Below, in pieces: positions 8,745-17,951 of a stretch of DNA of 64,000 nt (its first letter is position 1; every line of letters starts with the position of its first letter). The notes beneath the pieces were generated by a model. That model did not search any database, had not been told where the DNA came from, and saw nothing but the letters and a program-made list of their open reading frames with translations. Made by a program: the position numbers and the translations under genes. The DNA lies in the IMG/VR virus record IMGVR_UViG_3300025133_005699, positions 1 to 64,000 of that record, one strand, 5' to 3'. The DNA comes from a virus.

Positions 8745-9384
8745 ACCTACTAATTATTCAGCACTATCAAATTGGCATGACTATGGGGTTTTGTCTAGCA
8801 CGCGAGAAATATTCCTTTCTCCAGCAGATGATGATGGACTGTCTTCTAAAGACGCAGTAACATTTATCAAGAACCTAGTAATGCTTGAATCTTTAAGTTC
8901 TAACCCTGTTGTTATACATCAATACAACGTGGGTGGAGACCAGAGCGCCGGACTAGCTATCTATGATGCGATTATAGCCAGTAAGTGCAAGTTTTTGTTT
9001 ATCTGCTATGGTTCCGCATCTTCGATGGGGAGTATAATCCCACAGGCCGTCTTTGGAAAAGGTATCAGGGCGACACACGCTAATTGTGAGTGGGTTATCC
9101 ACGAAGGGGCTTGTGAGCTTAGCGGAACGACAAAACAGTTTATATCTAACGCAGAGGCTCTTAAACGCAGTAAAAATGCAATGTATGATATATATACTAA
9201 GTGCTGCAAGAAGGGCTCGGCTTTTAAGGGTAAGAAACCCGAAGAGATTAAAGCTATACTTAAGCGTAGACTGAATGTAAAAGAAGACTGGATACTTAGC
9301 GGGGAGCAGGCGGTAGAGTATGGGTTCGCCGATGTTTTAATTAGAGGGAAAAACTCTGTAGAAACCCTATTGAAAAAAATATGA
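8737..9384 (+). CDS. clpP: ClpP-family protease subunit
   Basis: REIFL, GGDQSAGLAIYDAI, ASSMGS (catalytic Ser), IHE, EDWILSGEQAVEYGFAD. Confidence 0.85.
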   Translation: MSRPTNYSALSNWHDYGVLSSTREIFLSPADDDGLSSKDAVTFIKNLVMLESLSSNPVVIHQYNVGGDQSAGLAIYDAIIASKCKFLFICYGSASSMGSIIPQAVFGKGIRATHANCEWVIHEGACELSGTTKQFISNAEALKRSKNAMYDIYTKCCKKGSAFKGKKPEEIKAILKRRLNVKEDWILSGEQAVEYGFADVLIRGKNSVETLLKKI

Positions 9385-11381
9385 GCGAAAAAAACATAAT
9401 AAAGACTATAGAGGATGCTTGGCTAGGCGTAGACCTAAGGGAAGAAGATTTATTCAACCCTATGGATTTTCTTTTTTATGATAACGATCCAGAAAAGATG
9501 CTAGAGAGAACAGCATGGCTCATGATGAGACCGGAGTATTTCTCTTTTGTTTGTAAATATGTTCTTAATATTGAGCTGTCCCCTTTTCAGTCTCTCATAC
9601 TCCAAGAAGTTTGGAACAAGAAATTCCCAATGCTTATCGGTAGTCGTGGTATGGGTAAATCATTCCTACTCTCTGTGTATCCTTTGCTAAGAGCCTTGTT
9701 TATGCCTAGACGAAAAATCATTGTCGTCGGTGCGGCCTTTAGGCAGTCTAAAGTTCTATTTGAGTATATGGACACCATTTGGAAGAACGCACCCGTCCTG
9801 AGAGATCTGTGCGGCTCTAACAGCGGTCCCAGAAGAGACGTTGACCGATGTGTTATGCATATTGGAGATAGCACTATAACCTGTTTACCTCTGGGTGATG
9901 GAAGCAAGATTCGTGGTCAGCGTGCGAACGATATTATTGCAGACGAATTTGCGTCTATTCCACGAGAGATTTTTGAAAACGTTGTTGCTGGTTTTGCTGC
10001 TGTAGCATCCTCCCCTATTGAGAAGGTCAAAGCTAAGGCTAGACAGAAAAAAGCGGTTGAGCTTGGGGTAGAATACAAAGAGAAGGAGACAGGACTGGCT
10101 GACGATAAGTCAAACCAAATTATCTTATCTGGTACCGCTTATTATGATTTCAATCACTTTGCTGAATATTGGAAGAGATATAGAGACATCATAAATAGTC
10201 AGGGCGATAAAGCTAAACTCAGGGAGATCTTTGGAGACGATGCTCCAGAGGATTTTGCTTGGGAAGAGTATTCTGTAATTCGTATGCCCGTAACAACTAT
10301 TCCCGCAGGCTTTATGGATGAGGGTCAGGTAGCAAGAGCGAGAGCAACAATTCACTCCGGTATCTTCCAGATGGAATATGGGGCGTGTTTTACTACAGAT
10401 AGTCAGGGATTCTTTAAAAGGTCTTTAATTGAGGGGTGCATTGCCTCTCCAGAAAACAGCATAAAGATAAACGGCGAGGATATTAATTTTGAATCGCAGC
10501 TAAAGGGAGATCCAAACAAACAATATATTTTTGGCGTTGACCCTGCATCAGAAGTTGATAACTTTAGCATTGTTGTATTAGAGGTAAACAAAGACCATAG
10601 ACGTATTGTTCATTGCTGGACTACAAACAGGAGTCAACATAGAGAGAAGCTCAAGTCTCATCTTGTTGAGGAGGATGATTTTTATTCATACTGCGCCAGA
10701 AAGATTAGAAACCTTATGAGGGTATTCCCTTGCGTGGAAATAGCTCTTGATGCTCAGGGTGGTGGTATAGCCGTCATGGAAGCCCTGCACGACAAAGACA
10801 AGGTTCAGGAGGGCGAGGTCAAGATATGGCCGGTCATAGATTACGATAAGCCCAAAGATACAGATGACGAACCCGGATTACACATATTGCGGATGTGTCA
10901 GTTTGCAAAATACGACTGGCTCGCAGAAGCTAATCATGGACTCAGAAAAGACTTTGAAGATAAGCTCGTTTTATTCCCAGACTTCGACGCCGTGAGTCTC
11001 GGTCTTTCTGCTGAAGATGACGGAATACACGGAAGAGTGTATGATACGCTAGAGGACTGTGTTATGGAGATAGAGGAGCTTAAGAATGAGCTATCTATGA
11101 TTATAATGACACAAACAGGACTAGGTAGAGAAAAGTGGGATACTCCTGAAGTAAAGGTAGCAGCAGGTAGAAAAAGGCGACTAAGAAAAGACCGTTACTC
11201 TTCTTTGATTATGGCCAACATGTCTGCCAGACAGATGTTTGTAGAGAGAACAGTACGGACTTATGACCACTATGGCGGGTTTGCCGAAAAGTCGGCAGAA
11301 AAGAACGATAATGACAAGGACGATGGCCCCTTGTATCAAGGCCCTGCATGGTTTACAGAAAATATGGGCGATATATACTAA
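9381..11381 (+). CDS. terL: Terminase large subunit
   Basis: Walker A GSRGMGKS, IRGQRA, Walker B IIADEFA, nuclease GVDPA, KDRYSS. Confidence 0.92.
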   Translation: MSEKNIIKTIEDAWLGVDLREEDLFNPMDFLFYDNDPEKMLERTAWLMMRPEYFSFVCKYVLNIELSPFQSLILQEVWNKKFPMLIGSRGMGKSFLLSVYPLLRALFMPRRKIIVVGAAFRQSKVLFEYMDTIWKNAPVLRDLCGSNSGPRRDVDRCVMHIGDSTITCLPLGDGSKIRGQRANDIIADEFASIPREIFENVVAGFAAVASSPIEKVKAKARQKKAVELGVEYKEKETGLADDKSNQIILSGTAYYDFNHFAEYWKRYRDIINSQGDKAKLREIFGDDAPEDFAWEEYSVIRMPVTTIPAGFMDEGQVARARATIHSGIFQMEYGACFTTDSQGFFKRSLIEGCIASPENSIKINGEDINFESQLKGDPNKQYIFGVDPASEVDNFSIVVLEVNKDHRRIVHCWTTNRSQHREKLKSHLVEEDDFYSYCARKIRNLMRVFPCVEIALDAQGGGIAVMEALHDKDKVQEGEVKIWPVIDYDKPKDTDDEPGLHILRMCQFAKYDWLAEANHGLRKDFEDKLVLFPDFDAVSLGLSAEDDGIHGRVYDTLEDCVMEIEELKNELSMIIMTQTGLGREKWDTPEVKVAAGRKRRLRKDRYSSLIMANMSARQMFVERTVRTYDHYGGFAEKSAEKNDNDKDDGPLYQGPAWFTENMGDIY

Positions 11382-11384
11382 TAC

Positions 11385-11400
11385 TGTGTATATCTAAATG
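11385..11400 (+). promoter_or_regulatory. Late promoter motif, copy 2
   Basis: TGTGTATA tctaaa TG upstream of portal. Confidence 0.75.
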
Positions 11401-11440
11401 TAATAGAATTATCAATACTATTGTTTAAGGAACAATACAA

Positions 11441-13543
11441 ATGGCAGACGACCTTTATTTAACATGGGGAAACGACCAAGAGCGCAGCAAGGCCTATGAA
11501 GCATCTTCTGACGCCGTTCATGCTTATGACGGCATACAAAAGTCCTTTGCTTACGACAATAGAACGTTCTTAGATATTGAATCTTCTCGCTCAGTTCGTC
11601 CTAGTTTTCATAAAGGTGATTATACTGCCTTTCGTCCCGGCGAAGCCGTTCCAACACATCAAAAACGCATCATAAAGGCATGCATGCAAGCATATGATAA
11701 GGTTGGCATTATCAGAAATGTTATCGATCTGATGGGGGATTTTGCCTCTCAGGGGATTACTCTTGTCCATCCAAACAAGACAATTGAAAGATTCTATAGA
11801 AAATGGTTCGAGCAAATTGGTGGCTTAGATAGGTCAGAGAGATTCTTAAATTATCTTTACAGATGTGGAAACGTTACGGTAAAGAGAAACACTGCTAGAA
11901 TAAGCAAGAAAAAAGAATCTGAACTCAAGAGAAGTACTGCTGCCGCAGATATGAAGATTGAAAATATAGACGTTACCAAGAGAGAGGTTCCTTGGAAGTA
12001 TGATTTTCTCAACCCTTTAGCTGTCGATGTTAAAAATGTTGATGCGTCGATGTTTACCGGAGATCTCGAATATGTACTAAAAGTATCAAAGACAACCGTG
12101 AATTCTTTGATGATGTCTGGTAGCGGAAAGCGACCGAGCTTACCTACCGAGATGATGAAAAGGTTTGCACAGGGCGAAAGAGAAATTCCGCTAGATAAAG
12201 ACAAAGTTAGAATGTTCCATTACAAAAAAGATGACTGGAACCTTTGGGCAAACCCAATGATTTATGCGATCCTTGATGATATTATTATGCTGGAAAAAAT
12301 GAAGCTCGCAGACCTAGCGGCTCTTGATGGGGCTATATCTAACGTTAGGTTGTGGAGAATTGGCGATTTAGACCATAAGATTATACCGACCAAAGCGGCT
12401 ATTAATAAACTTAGAGACATCCTTGCTAGTAACGTCGGTGGCGGAACCATGGATTTAGTATGGGGTCCTGAGATTGACTTTAAAGAAAGCAGTACACAGG
12501 TATATAAATTTTTAGGTTCAGAAAAATACCAGCCAGTATTGACAAGCGTATATGCGGGCCTTGGAATTCCTCCAACCCTAACTGGCGCGGCCTCTGGTGG
12601 TGGGTATACCAATAACTTTGTCAGTCTGAAAACCTTAGTAGAAAGACTCGAATATGGCCGAGAGATATTAAAAGGGTTTTGGCAGCACGAAATTAAGCTT
12701 GTCCAGAAAGCTATGGGTTTTAGATTTCCCGCAGAACTTCACTTCGACTCAATTATATTGTCAGACGAAGCAGCGCAGAAACAATTACTAGTTCAATTAG
12801 CAGACAGAGACATTATATCTCATGAAACGCTTCTCGAAAGATTTAGAGAGTTACCAGCCATTGAAAAGATTAGAGTACGTAGAGAAGAACGGACTAGAGT
12901 TAAGGATGCACTCGCGCCCAAGAAGGCTGGCCCATATCACAACCCACAACACAAAGAAGATATTGCCAAGATTGCGCTTACCAAAGACGTTTTGGATAAT
13001 GATATATATCTTGAGAATTTAGGTCTTCCTACATCTGAAATTGATCAGATAAATAAAATAGAGGTTGATGATGCCCCAAAACCAGTAGTAGAGGACACAA
13101 ATCCTGCATCTCCCGACCCAAAGGGTGGCAGGCCCAATAATTCTAGAGATCAACAGAAGAGAAAAGAAAAGCGAGTTCTACCTCGCAGCAAGGGCGATGT
13201 ATCTACTACGCTATGGGCTTATGAAGCACAGAAAGATATTTCTGAGTTAGTTATGCCTATGGCTCTAGCTCACTTCAAAAAGAAGAACGCTCGAAGCTTA
13301 ACAAAATCAGAGTTTGACCAGCTAGAATATCTCAAGCTCTGTATCTTAACCGGCGTCAAGCCATATATGGATATTGATGCGGATGTAATAAAAGCTATCA
13401 TTGACTCTGATACAAAACCATCAGATGGTTTTAAGAATGAAATAGAAATCTCTATTGCTGACTTTTCACAAACACAGAACAGAAAACCTAGTGTTGATGA
13501 AATGCGCTATATATACGCCTCTACTTTTGCTAGTTTTACCTAA
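11441..13543 (+). CDS. Portal protein
   Basis: Directly after TerL; 700 aa; IIRNVIDLMGDF, GLGIPPTL, C-terminal GGRP. Confidence 0.8.
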   Translation: MADDLYLTWGNDQERSKAYEASSDAVHAYDGIQKSFAYDNRTFLDIESSRSVRPSFHKGDYTAFRPGEAVPTHQKRIIKACMQAYDKVGIIRNVIDLMGDFASQGITLVHPNKTIERFYRKWFEQIGGLDRSERFLNYLYRCGNVTVKRNTARISKKKESELKRSTAAADMKIENIDVTKREVPWKYDFLNPLAVDVKNVDASMFTGDLEYVLKVSKTTVNSLMMSGSGKRPSLPTEMMKRFAQGEREIPLDKDKVRMFHYKKDDWNLWANPMIYAILDDIIMLEKMKLADLAALDGAISNVRLWRIGDLDHKIIPTKAAINKLRDILASNVGGGTMDLVWGPEIDFKESSTQVYKFLGSEKYQPVLTSVYAGLGIPPTLTGAASGGGYTNNFVSLKTLVERLEYGREILKGFWQHEIKLVQKAMGFRFPAELHFDSIILSDEAAQKQLLVQLADRDIISHETLLERFRELPAIEKIRVRREERTRVKDALAPKKAGPYHNPQHKEDIAKIALTKDVLDNDIYLENLGLPTSEIDQINKIEVDDAPKPVVEDTNPASPDPKGGRPNNSRDQQKRKEKRVLPRSKGDVSTTLWAYEAQKDISELVMPMALAHFKKKNARSLTKSEFDQLEYLKLCILTGVKPYMDIDADVIKAIIDSDTKPSDGFKNEIEISIADFSQTQNRKPSVDEMRYIYASTFASFT

Positions 13544-13566
13544 AAAAATAGTCAAACTGTATTTTT

Positions 13567-13582
13567 TGTGTATTACCTCTTG
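13567..13582 (+). promoter_or_regulatory. Late promoter motif, copy 3
   Basis: TGTGTATT acctct TG; predicted +1 is the first G of the GAGGAG SD. Confidence 0.65.
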
Positions 13583-13594
13583 AGGAGTATTCAC

Positions 13595-15085
13595 ATGAAA
13601 GCATATGCACAAGAAATAGCAGACGGTATTCAAGACCTAGTAGAAAACAACTGTACGATTGCGTACTGTTCCCCTATAGATCTGGAAATAACCGATGAAG
13701 AAAAGGCTATTGCCTTATCTCATGCGGGCGTTGATGATAAAGAAGATAAGCAGTTTGATCTTTATTACCTTAGTTCTGTTCTGGTGAGTAGCGGCTGGAA
13801 TAAAAACGATGATGTTTTTGACCCCCAAGAAATGTGGTCAGCACGCTCAACCCCCGAAGACAAACAATTTAATTATATGCACGACGAAAAAGACATTATT
13901 GGTCACATTACAGGAAACTATGTGGTTGATTTTGGTGGTAAGTCTTTAGATGGAACTGTTGACTGGAGTCAAGCTGGTTCTCCTGAGGACTTTAATATTA
14001 TCACAAACGCCGTGCTCTATAAGTCTTGGAGTGATATGGATCTCCAAGTACGTATGGCTAATATTATAGAAGAGATTGAGGAAGGAAACCGATGGTTCGT
14101 ATCCATGGAATGTTTGTTCCCAAATTTTGATTACGCTTTGAGAAATTCTCAAGGTGAGACCAAAGTTGTTGCGAGAGAAGAGGCTTCTGCATTTTTGTCG
14201 AAGCACCTTCGATCCTATGGTGGAACAGGAAAGTATGAGGGTTATGAAGTGGGTAGATTATTAAGAAATATATCTTTCTCTGGCAAGGGCTTGGTTTCTA
14301 AACCTGCTAATCCTCGAAGTATCATTTTAAATGATAGTCAAAGTTTTAGTGAATGTAAAAGTAAATTTATTACTGTTTCATCAATAAAGGAGACTAAAAT
14401 GTCCGATGTTTTACAGAAACAGTTGGATGAGCTAAAGGCTGAGTTGGCCGAAGCACGTCTAACTAACGAAACTATGAAGCAGGAGATGGAAACTCAGAAG
14501 ACTGAAGCGATTGAATCTCAATTGCAAACGTTTGAAGAAACTATTTCTGCTAAAGACGAGGCTGCTGCCTCTCTTGAGTCTCAAGTCACGGAAGCTCTAG
14601 CTAGAGTGGAAGAACTTGAGGTATCATTGGCTTCAGCTGAAGCCGCCAAAGAAGAAGCTATTGCTAAAGTAGCCGAAATTGAAAAAGCCGCCGCTCTCGA
14701 AAAGAGAATTGCTGCTTTAACCGAAGCTGGTCTTGAAGGCGAAGAGCTGGACGAGGCTATTGCTAAGTTTGAAGATCTTGATCAAGAGACTTTCGAGTTT
14801 ATTGTTGCAAAAATGCCACCTTGGCTCAACAAAGACAAGAAAGACGACGAAGATAAAGACGAAGACAAGAAGGACGAGAAAGCCTCTAAGGCCGACGACG
14901 AACTTCTTGAAGAAGAGGTTGACGAGTCCGAAGCATCTGCTGAAGATCTCGAAGAAGTAGAAGTGGAAGAGAACATTGCAATGGCTGAAGCTATTGACGA
15001 AGACGACCCTTCGGTTGAACTTCGCTCGACAGCTAGCGATTGGTTTGGTTCTTTACTTAAATCAACGGCTAATCTTAAGAAATAA
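13595..15085 (+). CDS. Prohead protease fused to coiled-coil scaffold (start revised to ATG 13595)
   Basis: GAGGAG SD; NKNDDVF, NYMH, VSMEC, FSGKGLVSKPANPRS; acidic coiled-coil C-terminal half. Confidence 0.8.
   Translation: MKAYAQEIADGIQDLVENNCTIAYCSPIDLEITDEEKAIALSHAGVDDKEDKQFDLYYLSSVLVSSGWNKNDDVFDPQEMWSARSTPEDKQFNYMHDEKDIIGHITGNYVVDFGGKSLDGTVDWSQAGSPEDFNIITNAVLYKSWSDMDLQVRMANIIEEIEEGNRWFVSMECLFPNFDYALRNSQGETKVVAREEASAFLSKHLRSYGGTGKYEGYEVGRLLRNISFSGKGLVSKPANPRSIILNDSQSFSECKSKFITVSSIKETKMSDVLQKQLDELKAELAEARLTNETMKQEMETQKTEAIESQLQTFEETISAKDEAAASLESQVTEALARVEELEVSLASAEAAKEEAIAKVAEIEKAAALEKRIAALTEAGLEGEELDEAIAKFEDLDQETFEFIVAKMPPWLNKDKKDDEDKDEDKKDEKASKADDELLEEEVDESEASAEDLEEVEVEENIAMAEAIDEDDPSVELRSTASDWFGSLLKSTANLKK
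14399..15085 (+). CDS. Nested in-frame scaffold protein (internal start)
   Basis: AAGGAG SD then ATG at 14399, in frame, at the start of the coiled coil. Confidence 0.6.
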   Translation: MSDVLQKQLDELKAELAEARLTNETMKQEMETQKTEAIESQLQTFEETISAKDEAAASLESQVTEALARVEELEVSLASAEAAKEEAIAKVAEIEKAAALEKRIAALTEAGLEGEELDEAIAKFEDLDQETFEFIVAKMPPWLNKDKKDDEDKDEDKKDEKASKADDELLEEEVDESEASAEDLEEVEVEENIAMAEAIDEDDPSVELRSTASDWFGSLLKSTANLKK

Positions 15086-15103
15086 TTAAAAGGAGAATAG
15101 ATA

Positions 15104-15568
15104 ATGGCTCTTAAATCAGATAGAAATGAAGTTCAAACTGACATTAGTTTCTTCATGAATGAAGTTGCTACTAGAGGTGGTATTGCTTCGATGAGCACTG
15201 CTGGTAGTGGTGCAGCTATGGATCAGGGCGTAGCCTTGGTTACGTATGCAGCATCTGCCTCAGGTCAAGTCCCTATGGGATTGTTGCTGAACGATATGGT
15301 CAATCTTGACCTTACTCGCCAGCATATTAATCAACATAAGGATGAAGTGCAAAAGGGTGGTAAAGTTACCATTCTTCGTAAAGGCTATGTTGTCACCAAT
15401 AATATTGAAGGTACTACACCTACTGCTGGAGCACAAGCTTTCCCAGCACATAGTGGTAATCTTTCAATTACAGATATTGTTGGCGACGGAACTGGTTCCG
15501 CTATTGGTCGATTCTTGTCTACTGTAGACCAAGATGGATATGCCAAAGTAGAAATTAACCTACCGTAA
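15104..15568 (+). CDS. Head decoration/capsid cement protein
   Basis: 154-aa beta/Gly-rich protein between scaffold and capsid genes; strong SD. Confidence 0.6.
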   Translation: MALKSDRNEVQTDISFFMNEVATRGGIASMSTAGSGAAMDQGVALVTYAASASGQVPMGLLLNDMVNLDLTRQHINQHKDEVQKGGKVTILRKGYVVTNNIEGTTPTAGAQAFPAHSGNLSITDIVGDGTGSAIGRFLSTVDQDGYAKVEINLP

Positions 15569-15597
15569 TTTTTAGCTCATAAAAGGAGAATAATAAT

Positions 15598-16602
15598 ATG
15601 AATATGAAAGAACGTCCTTCCGATGAATTCATCGCATTGCTAAAACAATCCGGTAGTTCAGATAAAGCAGTGGCTATCGAGGCTCAGCGAGAAATCGCAA
15701 AAGCTTTGGAAACGCCACTACGTAAAGGAGTTTTGTTCGGCGATGTCGTAACTTCAATTTATGAAGCTATGCCACTTGAGCCGGGCGCAACCCCTGAATT
15801 CCCACTCGACCTTCTTGCTCCGGGTACGGAAAGCGAACATGTCGCTTATACCAATCCGGGTCACGGTCGTATTCCAGAACGTAGCGTCGAAGGCGATTAC
15901 GTAATGGTTAACACTTACGGCATTACTAGCTCGATTGATTTCTTGCTTAAGTATGCTCGTGAGGCTAACTGGAACGTTGTTGCTCGCGCAATGCAGGTTT
16001 TGGAATCATCTTTTGTCAAAAAGATCAACGACGATGGCTGGCACACATTGCTCGCCGCTGCTGTTGATAGAAATATTTTAGTTTATGATGCAGACGCTGC
16101 GGTTGGTCAATTTACCAAGCGTATTGTTTCGCTCATGAAGACAGTTATGAGACGTAATGGTGGTGGTAATAGCGTTACCGCTAACGGCCGCCTTACAGAC
16201 ATGTACCTGTCTCCAGAAGCTATTGAAGATATCCGTAACTGGGGTGTCGATCAGCTTGATGAAGTTTCACGACGTGAAATCTATCAATCGGCTGACGACG
16301 GAGCTCCTTTGACGAGACTCTTCGGTGTTAACTTGCACGACTTGTTCGAGTTTGGTGACGGTCAAGAATATCAAAATTACTTCACGAGTGATCTTGGTGG
16401 TTCGTTGGCTAGTACAGACGTCGAGCTTATCATTGGTCTTGACCAAGCAAGTAGCGATAGTTTTGTAATGCCTCTTAAAAAGGAAGTTGAAGTTTATGAA
16501 GACGAAGCTCTTCACCGACATCAACGCCAAGGGTATTACGGCTGGGCTGAAATCGGCTTTGGTGTACTAGATAATAGAAGAGTTCTCGCTGGCTCATTCT
16601 AA
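15598..16602 (+). CDS. Major capsid protein (HK97 fold inferred)
   Basis: Position, 334 aa, strong SD, C-terminal GYYGWAEIGFGVLD; followed by a terminator. Confidence 0.8.
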   Translation: MNMKERPSDEFIALLKQSGSSDKAVAIEAQREIAKALETPLRKGVLFGDVVTSIYEAMPLEPGATPEFPLDLLAPGTESEHVAYTNPGHGRIPERSVEGDYVMVNTYGITSSIDFLLKYAREANWNVVARAMQVLESSFVKKINDDGWHTLLAAAVDRNILVYDADAAVGQFTKRIVSLMKTVMRRNGGGNSVTANGRLTDMYLSPEAIEDIRNWGVDQLDEVSRREIYQSADDGAPLTRLFGVNLHDLFEFGDGQEYQNYFTSDLGGSLASTDVELIIGLDQASSDSFVMPLKKEVEVYEDEALHRHQRQGYYGWAEIGFGVLDNRRVLAGSF

Positions 16603-16628
16603 TTTAGGTACTTTACCTGAGTTTAAAG

Positions 16629-16663
16629 AACCGTCCTGTTGGCAACAATGGGGCGGTTTTTTT
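16629..16663 (+). terminator. Rho-independent terminator after the capsid gene
   Basis: AACCGTCC...GGGCGGTT stem followed by a T run. Confidence 0.8.
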
Positions 16664-16671
16664 GTAGTTTT

Positions 16672-16687
16672 TGTGTATACATAGTTG
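16672..16687 (+). promoter_or_regulatory. Late promoter motif, copy 4
   Basis: TGTGTATA catagt TG just after the terminator. Confidence 0.75.
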
Positions 16688-16719
16688 AATGAGCTTTAAT
16701 ATGAACTTAGGGGTAAAGT

Positions 16720-17487
16720 ATGGAACTGCTAATAAAAACAAACAGTGTAGAAGGCGACACCTCATATAAAGATGGGGATATTGTGCAGGCGTTCTCTTAC
16801 GAGCGCATACATTTAACCAATGCTCAGGTAATATGCAATGTAAATAACTTTCCTCTTGACGATGTTACAGGGTTGAGAGTTAATGATTCATTGCTCATGA
16901 AATACCTAGAAAGAGCGTCTTTGTATAGGTTTGAGCGCACTGGAGCTGATACGGTGAAGAAAATAAACCTATCAACACTAGGAGAAGAAATTCTTGGAGC
17001 AGAAAGTATAGACGTTTCGGAATTCCTTAAAAACAGACTAAAAAGCCCTAGACACAAAGTGTTTGGGTCTTCTGGATCAGAAATTTGGTATGGAGATTCG
17101 AGAGAATTAGATATAGATGCCATGTGGGACGATATAGAAGCCCATTCAGACAGTTTGAAGTCCGAAAATAGCAGTTGGCCATTTACAGAAATAGAGAAAA
17201 AACATCTGTTGATATTAAATTCATCGGGCTTTAGAAACGACACAGTTACAGAAATTTCCAATGACACCGCCAGCGATAGACAATCGTCAGCTATCAGCGG
17301 AACAGATATGGTCGCCAAGAGACAGTGGCAGGTTCCTTACTGGGATTTGGCTCAAGACTTGGGGATTAATATTGATGATGTAAGAAATAAAGATATTACA
17401 TTAGACGGAAGGAAGCCGGTACCTGAAAGACCCTACATAGATAACTTGAATGTAGACAAGGTTGTCGCGGGAATTATCACACTATAA
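16720..17487 (+). CDS. Hypothetical, probably virion-associated protein
   Basis: 255-aa ORF in the late structural cluster. Confidence 0.6.
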   Translation: MELLIKTNSVEGDTSYKDGDIVQAFSYERIHLTNAQVICNVNNFPLDDVTGLRVNDSLLMKYLERASLYRFERTGADTVKKINLSTLGEEILGAESIDVSEFLKNRLKSPRHKVFGSSGSEIWYGDSRELDIDAMWDDIEAHSDSLKSENSSWPFTEIEKKHLLILNSSGFRNDTVTEISNDTASDRQSSAISGTDMVAKRQWQVPYWDLAQDLGINIDDVRNKDITLDGRKPVPERPYIDNLNVDKVVAGIITL

Positions 17488-17517
17488 TTTATACATATTA
17501 TTACAGGAGTATATGTC

Positions 17518-17931
17518 ATGACTGCAATGTCAAACTATTTGGAAAATAAGCTTATAGACCACCTCTTGAGGGGCACGTCTTATAGTCAACCAGACGTTTA
17601 TGTGGGGCTAGTAGGTAAATACGATGCAGCTCAACTTGAGGCTGGAACCCTTACCCATGAACTATCTGGCGGGTCTTACGCTAGGGTTGGTAGTATTCGC
17701 GGAGATTCATATTGGAGTGCGGGCTCTACTAACGGCCTTACAGATAATGAAAACGCCATAACATTTCCTGCCGCGACCAGCGAGTGGGGTCATGTGTCAG
17801 GTGTTTTTATAGCAGATGCAACTAGCACCGGAAACGTTTTGCTGTATGGGTCATTGACAGCCACTAAGTTTGTTGAGAATACAGACCAGTTTATCATTTC
17901 GGCGGGTGATTTTGATATTACCTTTGCTTAA
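17518..17931 (+). CDS. Fibre-associated structural protein
   Basis: MSNYLENKLIDHLLRG...YARV...NENAITFPAATSEWG pattern typical of small phage fibre-base proteins. Confidence 0.6.
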   Translation: MTAMSNYLENKLIDHLLRGTSYSQPDVYVGLVGKYDAAQLEAGTLTHELSGGSYARVGSIRGDSYWSAGSTNGLTDNENAITFPAATSEWGHVSGVFIADATSTGNVLLYGSLTATKFVENTDQFIISAGDFDITFA

Positions 17932-17951
17932 TTTTATAAGGAGCATAGGCA

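Noticed and set aside
13568-13594. GTG start given in the ORF track for the protease gene
   Set aside because: It lies inside the promoter motif; ATG 13595 has a GAGGAG SD
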